Shown: positions 57,221 through 64,000 of the stretch, one piece after another
Layout of the letters: every line of letters begins with the position of its first letter
How positions within the stretch are numbered: position 1 is the first letter of the stretch
UHGV virus genome: UHGV-0286546
Strand: one strand, 5' to 3'
Length of the DNA: 64,000 nt
Source: a virus
Made by a program: the position numbers and the translations under genes
The notes under the pieces: generated by a model
Told to the model about the DNA's origin: nothing
Seen by the model: the letters and a program-made list of their open reading frames with translations, nothing else
Database searches by the model: none

Positions 57221-57236
57221 CTTTTATAACTAGAAC
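57221..57236 (-). promoter_or_regulatory. GTTCTA-box element on the minus strand (AGTTCTAGTTATAAAAG).
   Basis: 32 nt upstream of the 844-aa NTase-domain gene start at 57198. Confidence 0.35.
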
Positions 57237-57274
57237 TTTATATTAATTTTTAGACTGATTTTTTAATATTTATA

Positions 57275-57634
57275 TTATTCTTGAGTTAGTTTTTCAAGAG
57301 TAAGTACCGGAATTTTTAAGACAGAAAGAATAAAAGCCTTAACATCATCAGTTAAATTATTGTCAAAAATACTTTCTACAGTCGATAAATAATTATAATC
57401 TTCTTCTGAAATATAGCCTTTTATTTTAGACAATGTAATTCTATCTAGTTTTAATCCACGAATAGTATTTGTCATTAAAAACTCTAACTTGGTTCTCGGT
57501 TTTTTCATAATATAACCGAAGGCTCTATTCCATGCTTTGCCTTCTTCTGCAGACTTTGTCTTTACTTTTACTTTTACGTTAATAGATACCTTTGGAATTT
57601 TTCTATCATCACCGAAAATATTTAAATGTCTCAT
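57275..57634 (-). CDS. Hypothetical protein.
   Basis: 119-aa ORF, overlaps the upstream gene's stop by 4 nt. Confidence 0.5.
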   Translation of the reverse strand: MRHLNIFGDDRKIPKVSINVKVKVKTKSAEEGKAWNRAFGYIMKKPRTKLEFLMTNTIRGLKLDRITLSKIKGYISEEDYNYLSTVESIFDNNLTDDVKAFILSVLKIPVLTLEKLTQE

Positions 57635-57990
57635 ATAAAATAGTCTCCTTTATCAATACCATATAATTTATTTTCAAAATCTATTTCTGTGTCTAACCAA
57701 CCTTGAGCAGCTGCGGCACTAAAATATTTTGAAAAGTTATCTTCAAATTTTGGCTCTTTATCTACAATTTGTTTAACGATGTCTTTATCAAAATCAATTA
57801 AAAGCTTTTTTTCACTATTTAAAGCATTCAATATTTTTTTAATATAGTCTTCGTTAAAGCTTTGAAATAATAAATTGTGAAACTTAAAATAATCCATATA
57901 CGTTTGTTTTTCTTCAAGTTTATTAGTCAAACGTATCTTTTCATATTTCTTTTCAACAATATATATGCCACGAATTACTTTATCAGTCAT
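57631..57990 (-). CDS. Hypothetical protein.
   Basis: 119-aa ORF, overlaps the upstream gene's stop by 8 nt. Confidence 0.5.
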   Translation of the reverse strand: MTDKVIRGIYIVEKKYEKIRLTNKLEEKQTYMDYFKFHNLLFQSFNEDYIKKILNALNSEKKLLIDFDKDIVKQIVDKEPKFEDNFSKYFSAAAAQGWLDTEIDFENKLYGIDKGDYFI

Positions 57991-59773
57991 TTTCTTTCAG
58001 ATACTTCTTTTCACTTTTTAATACTGCTTCTTTTAATGACCTGTCTAAAGAAGTTGTCATTGTATTAAACATTATCTGTAATCCTTTAGCATCAGCATAA
58101 TTTTCTTTCAAGTATTGTTTAGAGGTAACAGAATATGCAACAGTCTCTTCTAATTCTGGTGCAGGTAGTGCAGTTTTAGATTTTAGTTTTTGACCTGTTA
58201 AGAATTTACCTAACTCTTCTGGTGAATCTAAGGTATTAATAGAAACTTTGCTAATAATGAGAGAAGCAATATCTACTGGCATACCCATCTTAATTAAAAA
58301 CTGGAATTTATTTATGTCAGTCATTTCATTGTTCAAATCACTCAAAGACTTAAGTAATTCACAAATATCATTATACTTTGCAATAACATCAGCAGGAATT
58401 TGAATTGGTTCATTTAAGCTTACTTCTACATCCAATTTTGAAACATCATAACCCGCGTGTGTCAATACCTTTTCAACAAGATTCATAATACCATTGACTA
58501 AACCTTTTTTCAACGGAATCAAAGCACGACGTAATTTAAGATCTTGTGCATCTAAGGTCTGAGCTGTAGTAATTACGTCTTCACCTACCAAATAACCTTT
58601 CGGTAAGTTAGAATTACGTAAGATTTTATCTAAGAAATACTGAACGTCTTCGACAGAGCTCAAATCAATGTTAGATTCAATGTGATCAACTTCAACTTTT
58701 TTACCATCGTGAGACATAGGTAAAGTAAGAATAGACATTGCACCCGGAACTTTACGCCCTGCTTTGTTACTATTCATGTCTGTAAAGATAGAGTTTAAAT
58801 ATTGACCTCTAAATTCTTGTAAATAACTATAAGAATCTACAAGATTAATTCCATTTGGCATAGGAACATAAAATACTAAACGCTGAATCTTACTTGCTCG
58901 AGAAATACCTAATAAAGCTTCAAGAGTTGTCAACTGATCAAAAGCAGAACGCATAGACCATAACATAGACTTTCCATAAGGTTCAGTAATTTCATCTGGC
59001 AATAACATGTGTACAAACTGCCAATTCTGCCAAATCTTATACTGTTCACGCGAACTCTTTCTAGTATTTACGTATGCACGTTTTTCAGTTGTTTTATAAT
59101 TAATAGGATTTAAATATTCATCACAATTGACTTCAAAGTTTTTAGGATTAATAAAACTAATAACTAAGTCTTCTAATATATCTAAACGTGAAATATCAAC
59201 TTCTTCATCATCCGTCATCCAATTTTCTAAATAAGGATAAGATAAGGTAAATCCATAATTACCATATTTAGCTAAGGATTTGGTAATATTCGGTAATTTC
59301 TGGTAAATTTTATTCTTATAAAAGACTTTTTCGATTAAAGTTTGTGCTTTTTGATTAGAAATACGAATATTTAACGGATTTTCTACGAATCCTTGTCCTA
59401 ATACTTCTGCAACATATGTATCAAGAATAAGATCGATTTCTGATAAATTCTCTGCCATCAAATCAAATGTCTGATAAGCAGAAAGCATTGTATTATAATT
59501 ACCATCATAGTAAGTATAGGTTGACATAAAATCGTCATAAATACTAAAATCTTCATTATTCAGATTATTATATTTATAAGACAACGGAATACTAACATAC
59601 TCGCCGTTTGCTGTACTACCTACACAGAAGTTATGTTTTTTAGCTAATCCTTTTAATACATCAAAGCTAATACCGGGATTGGTTACAAACAAAATATCAT
59701 TTTCTTTATCATGATAACTGTTCTCAACAATCCGTTTGGCTAAACTTTTAAACATTCTAGAGTCTCTATCCAT
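57983..59773 (-). CDS. Hypothetical large protein (596 aa). Possibly a virion structural protein (portal or sheath not established).
   Basis: Long ORF within the late operon. No confident motif. Confidence 0.5.
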   Translation of the reverse strand: MDRDSRMFKSLAKRIVENSYHDKENDILFVTNPGISFDVLKGLAKKHNFCVGSTANGEYVSIPLSYKYNNLNNEDFSIYDDFMSTYTYYDGNYNTMLSAYQTFDLMAENLSEIDLILDTYVAEVLGQGFVENPLNIRISNQKAQTLIEKVFYKNKIYQKLPNITKSLAKYGNYGFTLSYPYLENWMTDDEEVDISRLDILEDLVISFINPKNFEVNCDEYLNPINYKTTEKRAYVNTRKSSREQYKIWQNWQFVHMLLPDEITEPYGKSMLWSMRSAFDQLTTLEALLGISRASKIQRLVFYVPMPNGINLVDSYSYLQEFRGQYLNSIFTDMNSNKAGRKVPGAMSILTLPMSHDGKKVEVDHIESNIDLSSVEDVQYFLDKILRNSNLPKGYLVGEDVITTAQTLDAQDLKLRRALIPLKKGLVNGIMNLVEKVLTHAGYDVSKLDVEVSLNEPIQIPADVIAKYNDICELLKSLSDLNNEMTDINKFQFLIKMGMPVDIASLIISKVSINTLDSPEELGKFLTGQKLKSKTALPAPELEETVAYSVTSKQYLKENYADAKGLQIMFNTMTTSLDRSLKEAVLKSEKKYLKEND

Positions 59774-59780
59774 TGTCTTT

Positions 59781-60251
59781 TTATTCCCAATCTAAATGAA
59801 TATGTACATCAAATACATTACCGGTTACTTTATCTACACAAGTAATCTTACCGGATTTATAAGCTAATACAACAAAACCTATTGAATAATTTTCAGAAAG
59901 TATTTGTTCGATTTGTTTAATGATTTGTATACCTTCTGTTGCAGTACACTCAAAATTTGCCCATTTACTATAAATAAGTCTACCACTAATAAAATTTAAT
60001 ACCGGATAGCCTTCTTGCCATTCATCAATAAGAGTGGTTTCAATAAGTATGCCAGAAGCCGTCTCTTTTATAGCATCTATTTGTAAAGTATCTCCTCTTC
60101 CAAAAGGTTTATTACAAACGAGACGTGTTAGTTTACTTCTAGTCCAAAATTCATAACTATGTTTATTATCTAATGCTGATTTATCACTGGCATAGTATGA
60201 AATACAACGAGTACCAATAATATTTTCTAAAGGTTCAAGATTAGTCGACAT
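59781..60251 (-). CDS. Hypothetical protein.
   Basis: 156-aa ORF. Confidence 0.5.
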   Translation of the reverse strand: MSTNLEPLENIIGTRCISYYASDKSALDNKHSYEFWTRSKLTRLVCNKPFGRGDTLQIDAIKETASGILIETTLIDEWQEGYPVLNFISGRLIYSKWANFECTATEGIQIIKQIEQILSENYSIGFVVLAYKSGKITCVDKVTGNVFDVHIHLDWE

Positions 60252-60258
60252 ATTTTAT

Positions 60259-60435
60259 TTACCCATTCAATGATCTACGGATTTTAACATCACCCTCTTT
60301 AGTAACAGTTGCTACACCTAATTTAGAGGCATTGACTTTTTCTAAGAGTTCTTCTTTTGTCATTTCTTCTAATTCTTCATCTAATTTTTCTTCAATGAAT
60401 TCTTTAGTCGATTCAGTAATTATAGTTTTCGTCAT
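60259..60435 (-). CDS. Putative small acidic protein (58 aa), not in the ORF track.
   Basis: Reverse-strand ORF MTKTIITESTKEFIEEKLDEELEEMTKEELLEKVNASKLGVATVTKEGDVKIRRSLNG with a good SD (AAAGGAGTAATAATAATG). It fills an otherwise empty 197-nt gap. Confidence 0.35.
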   Translation of the reverse strand: MTKTIITESTKEFIEEKLDEELEEMTKEELLEKVNASKLGVATVTKEGDVKIRRSLNG

Positions 60436-60448
60436 TATTATTACTCCT

Positions 60449-60979
60449 TTATCTATTATTTAATCTCAATTGAATTGCATTAGCATTTAATACCATTTTC
60501 TCATTCATCAAAACTGTTTCAGCAGGAGCTAATGGTAATACTGCAATTAATTCGTAATTATACTTTGGTTCTTGGTCTTCATTAGATACGTCAGATTGAA
60601 CTCTTGATTCAGATTCACTACCGGATTCCTCATCATAGAATCTATAATATAACCCAATGTATTTAATTTGGTCTGTACCGGTTGTCCAATCTTCAGTGGC
60701 TTTACTCCAAGAGATAGCATTTTTGTTTCTGATAATTCCGTTAATTGGTTCACTAAACTCTACAGGCTCTTCTAAAATTGTAAATCCTGTTGCTACAGGT
60801 TCTTTAGAAAATACAAAATTCTCGCGATCAAATTCAATACCTAAACCGACATAAATTTCTGAAGACTTATAATTATCGTTAGGCATACCAAAACTATTAT
60901 CTAAAATAGTATCAATAAGCTTAGGAGATAATTCAAAACGTACTACATTTGACATTATTTTTATTTCCTTAAATATCAC
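60449..60979 (-). CDS. Hypothetical protein, tandem paralog of 60969..61424.
   Basis: Shares EIYVGLG(I/L) and ATEDWT blocks with the adjacent ORF. Confidence 0.5.
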   Translation of the reverse strand: MIFKEIKIMSNVVRFELSPKLIDTILDNSFGMPNDNYKSSEIYVGLGIEFDRENFVFSKEPVATGFTILEEPVEFSEPINGIIRNKNAISWSKATEDWTTGTDQIKYIGLYYRFYDEESGSESESRVQSDVSNEDQEPKYNYELIAVLPLAPAETVLMNEKMVLNANAIQLRLNNR

Positions 60980-61424
60980 TTAAACTCAATTCAATAGCGC
61001 CAGGAGATAAAATAATAGTCTCTCCTTTCAAAGCTGTTTCAAATCTAGGTAATTTTAATACAACCAAAGGCTTAACTAATTCACCTTCCTCAGTTTCATA
61101 ATCTAATGTATCAAAAATTCCTAACATTTCGATTTTATGAGAAGCATCTGTCCAATCTTCAGTTGCAGTAGTAAATACGACTTCATTCTCATTTGAAATT
61201 ACATTACCATCTGCTCTTCCAAAAATAACACGTGCTCTTTTATAATTACCTAAAGGTCTACCATTAAAAACTTCACTAAAATCTTCGCTGTTTACTAATA
61301 CAGGAGTTTGTGTTAAACCTAATCCAACATATATTTCTTTAGCTTCAGTATTTGACATTTCAAAACCAAAGTACTGTTTTAAAAGGCTATTCATAAAATC
61401 AATTTGCAATCCATATTTTGCCAT
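60969..61424 (-). CDS. Hypothetical protein, tandem paralog of 60449..60979.
   Basis: Shares EIYVGLG and ATEDWTD blocks. The genes overlap by 11 nt. Confidence 0.5.
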   Translation of the reverse strand: MAKYGLQIDFMNSLLKQYFGFEMSNTEAKEIYVGLGLTQTPVLVNSEDFSEVFNGRPLGNYKRARVIFGRADGNVISNENEVVFTTATEDWTDASHKIEMLGIFDTLDYETEEGELVKPLVVLKLPRFETALKGETIILSPGAIELSLSDI

Positions 61425-61476
61425 TATCTAATTCCTAATCTTTATTTTAAATTCATATAGTAATTTTAACCACTTA

Positions 61477-62610
61477 TTAATTTAGAACAGATACAGTAAC
61501 CTTCTTAGAGGTAAATACTGTTTCCATTCTATAAGCATTAATATATTTTGGCTTAGAAATAACAGGAGTTTCAATCGTTTCTTGATATAAGTCTTCGGTC
61601 CAAGTTGTATATATTAATTTAATTGAAGCATCTCTTATATTTACAACTAATCCTTCGTCCTGATCACCCAATTCAGTATAACCTTTATTTGTATTTAATT
61701 TATATTTAGTTATACTTCCATTCTTATCTACTTCTAATACAGTCATAGAAAGAATTACACTTTGGTCACCGTCTATGTCTGTTAAAATTTCAATAGGTTG
61801 ATCATAATCATCTAATAATTCAAAGCTATCTCCAACCTTAAATCCAGATCCGCCATTTATAATATTCTTTGCTCTATCGTCATAATACAATAATGTAAAG
61901 ATTTGTTCATCATAGCCAATCTGATCAAGCATTTGCTCTTGAACAACATCTTGATAAACTTTAGATACTTTAGACATATTAACACCAGAACGCAAAAACC
62001 AAAGTATACCTTGTGCTCTAATGTCATTGTGATTTATATAATTGTCTACATTGTAATCAAACCAAATCGTACCAATACTAGGATTAGACGAATCAAATAA
62101 TGATTGACGAGCAGGTACACAATTTGCAATACGAGTATATGTCTTACTTCCACTTAATTGTTTTTGTACTGTACCTAAAACAACCCATTCTCTTGCAATT
62201 CTTTCTTCTCTTGCATTATATTCGCTTAAAATAATTCTACTGTTTCTAGGAAGATGTAATTTAGAAGGTATAAGAATCTCTAATGGATAAAGTCCGTCTG
62301 TTCCATCTGCACTCATTCCTTCTTCTGATACATTTTGACGATATTCATTAAATTTAGGTATTACAGTTTCCGTTGTATCTAACCATTCTGTATCCACAAA
62401 GTTTGAATATTCATCTACATTATTTTCTAATAAATCACCAAATTCAGTAACAGGAATTTTAATAAGAACTTTTATACCCCAATTACTAAATAATGCTTCA
62501 TCACGCAAAGCTGCTACATACTCTGCCTGTGAACCAATATAAGCATCTCTCAGGTTAAAACTAGAAAAAGAAGTTTCTTTGAGTCTTGAATTATTTTTAA
62601 TGTTTTTCAT
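61477..62610 (-). CDS. Hypothetical protein (377 aa), first gene of the long minus-strand late operon after the GroEL terminator.
   Basis: A GTTCTA box lies 32 nt upstream on the minus strand. Confidence 0.5.
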   Translation of the reverse strand: MKNIKNNSRLKETSFSSFNLRDAYIGSQAEYVAALRDEALFSNWGIKVLIKIPVTEFGDLLENNVDEYSNFVDTEWLDTTETVIPKFNEYRQNVSEEGMSADGTDGLYPLEILIPSKLHLPRNSRIILSEYNAREERIAREWVVLGTVQKQLSGSKTYTRIANCVPARQSLFDSSNPSIGTIWFDYNVDNYINHNDIRAQGILWFLRSGVNMSKVSKVYQDVVQEQMLDQIGYDEQIFTLLYYDDRAKNIINGGSGFKVGDSFELLDDYDQPIEILTDIDGDQSVILSMTVLEVDKNGSITKYKLNTNKGYTELGDQDEGLVVNIRDASIKLIYTTWTEDLYQETIETPVISKPKYINAYRMETVFTSKKVTVSVLN

Positions 62611-62627
62611 ATTAATTTTTCTTATAA

Positions 62628-62648
62628 AATGCTAATAGTCTTTAGAAC
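62628..62648 (-). promoter_or_regulatory. GTTCTA-box element on the minus strand (AAGTTCTAAAGACTATTAGCA).
   Basis: 32 nt upstream of ORF 61477..62610, just downstream of the GroEL terminator. Confidence 0.3.
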
Positions 62649-62680
62649 TTAAATAATTAACCTTAAATTTTATTAGCTTA

Positions 62681-62712
62681 ATAAAAAACCCCCGACAATT
62701 GCTCATCGGGGG
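62681..62712 (-). terminator. Rho-independent terminator downstream of the GroEL-like gene (minus strand).
   Basis: Minus-strand reading CCCCCGATGAGCAATTGTCGGGGG followed by TTTTTTATTAAGC. It starts 28 nt after the stop. Confidence 0.6.
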
Positions 62713-62739
62713 AAAATACTTTTCAACAAATAAAATAAT

Positions 62740-64000
62740 TTACATCATGCCGGGCATCATATTAAGGCTTACACCTTTACTCTCGACAGGATCAGTGCAA
62801 ATCATAACACTAGAAGTTAAAATGACAGAAGCAATTGAAGAAGCAGCATAAACTGTACCTTTTACTACTTTAACCGGATCAATAATTCCATCTTCTAATA
62901 AATTTACAACTTGCATTGTTTTTGCGTTGTATCCGATTTCAATATCATTTTTAGATACAACTTCTTTTACTACATCATTGACATTTACACCAGCATTACT
63001 CAAGAGCGTTTTGAATGGAGCTTTCAATGATTTAGCAAAAATATCAATACCTACTTTTTCATCTGGATCAGCAGCTTCAACTTTATCTAAAATTCTATCA
63101 GACAAATAAAGCAATGTATTACCAGCACCTGGCAAATAACCTTCTTCAAGTGCAGCTTTTACAGCATACTGAGCATCATCTAATCTATCACGTAATTCTT
63201 TGATTTCCTCTTCAGAAGAACCACCAACTTGAATTACAGCAACACCAGTAGTCAAAGAAGCAAGACGTTTACCAAGTTGTTCTCTTTCGTATGTATCATT
63301 TTCTTTAAGAGCACCAATTAAACCTTCGATTGCTTCTACACGAGCTGCAATACGTGCCGAATCACCTTTACCACCACGAATAATTGTTTCATCTTTCTTA
63401 ATGATAATTTTTTCGCAAGAACCAAAGGAAGCAGCAGACATTACTTCAAATTTAATTCCCATCGGATCATCACCGACATCTGCACCGACATAAATACCCA
63501 AGTCACGCAAAATATCTAAACGACGGTCACCATAACCAGGAGCTTCAATACATGCCAACTTAATTTGACCGCCAGAACGAATAATGTTCATAGCCAAACC
63601 TTGTGTTACGCTGGTATCAAAAGACTCAGCAATAATAACTACTGGTTCACCCTTAGAAACAGGAGTCTGGATAACATCAATTAAAGCAGACAAATTTGAA
63701 ATTTTACCGTTACTCAAGATGATATGCGGATTATCAAATTCAGCTGTCTGATCTTCGTGATTATTAACAAAAAACTGAGAGGTCCAACCTTTATTAAGTG
63801 TCATACCTTCTTTGAAATCAAGACGAATTGTACGATCTTTTGTTTCTTCAACCAATACAACACCGGCTTTACCAACCTTGCGATAGGCTTCTGCAACAAT
63901 TTCACCAAGTTTTCTATCACCGTTAGCAGAAACAGTAGCAATGTTAACTAAATCTTCATCACTCTTGATTTCTTTAGCATAACTATCCAAAGCACCGATA
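62740..64000 (-). CDS. groEL: GroEL-like chaperonin (Cpn60), partial. The N-terminal part lies beyond the window end.
   Basis: EEGYLPGAGNTLLYL matches GroEL EEGIVAGGGVAL. LGEIVAEAYRKVGKAGVVLVEE matches GroEL IAEAMDKVGKEGVITVE. The Met/Gly-rich C-terminal tail is LNMMPGMM. The ORF continues past position 64000. Confidence 0.85.
   Translation of the reverse strand, partial: IGALDSYAKEIKSDEDLVNIATVSANGDRKLGEIVAEAYRKVGKAGVVLVEETKDRTIRLDFKEGMTLNKGWTSQFFVNNHEDQTAEFDNPHIILSNGKISNLSALIDVIQTPVSKGEPVVIIAESFDTSVTQGLAMNIIRSGGQIKLACIEAPGYGDRRLDILRDLGIYVGADVGDDPMGIKFEVMSAASFGSCEKIIIKKDETIIRGGKGDSARIAARVEAIEGLIGALKENDTYEREQLGKRLASLTTGVAVIQVGGSSEEEIKELRDRLDDAQYAVKAALEEGYLPGAGNTLLYLSDRILDKVEAADPDEKVGIDIFAKSLKAPFKTLLSNAGVNVNDVVKEVVSKNDIEIGYNAKTMQVVNLLEDGIIDPVKVVKGTVYAASSIASVILTSSVMICTDPVESKGVSLNMMPGMM

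Noticed and set aside
1-64000. Searched by eye for CRISPR-like regularly spaced repeats, tRNA-like cloverleaf regions (GTTCGAAT-type T-loops), integrase or attachment sites, and rRNA.
   Set aside because: No regularly spaced direct repeats, no convincing tRNA signatures and no integrase-like ORF were seen. Intergenic space is minimal. Small tRNAs cannot be fully excluded without tRNAscan.

Overview
The window looks like AT-rich DNA (roughly 30% GC by eye) from a large tailed dsDNA phage, probably a myovirus. Supporting calls: a gp19-family tail tube, a gp25/W baseplate wedge, a gp5/V-type central spike, a tape measure protein and many fiber genes. AGGAG-type Shine-Dalgarno sites are strong throughout, so the host is probably a low-GC, SD-using bacterium. 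No integrase, tRNA or CRISPR array was seen.

Layout:
(i) A minus-strand operon (6019->1) encodes a CofE-like gamma-glutamyl ligase, an unknown, serine hydroxymethyltransferase, two paralogous unknown genes flanking an HNH homing endonuclease, and a ClpP protease whose gene runs off the window.
(ii) A plus-strand block of small early-like genes (6186-8766).
(iii) A terminase large subunit gene (8809-12253) interrupted inside its Walker-B motif by a Hint/intein element. The intein carries an I-TevI-like GIY-YIG/NUMOD endonuclease domain and is split over two overlapping frames.
(iv) A possible lysis-like cluster: secreted GH108-like muramidase, multi-TM protein, 28-aa TM micro-ORF.
(v) Two tandem homing-endonuclease-like genes, a gp19 tail tube gene, a 1001-aa protein, a coiled-coil protein and a GH19 endolysin.
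(vi) A tandem AAA+ ATPase with a clean bidirectional terminator.
(vii) A ~37 kb minus-strand late operon (62610->25495). It holds a nucleotidyltransferase-domain protein, gp19-family and baseplate proteins, a tape measure with a C-terminal M15 peptidase, a lipoprotein, and a long series of paralogous fiber/receptor-binding genes with small chaperone-like genes.
(viii) A GroEL-like chaperonin running off the window end.

An (A/C)AGTTCTA box followed by an AT-rich TATA/TAGTTA element recurs upstream of at least 11 genes on both strands and is a candidate phage-specific promoter.

All functional calls come from motif recognition in the supplied translations. No database search was run.
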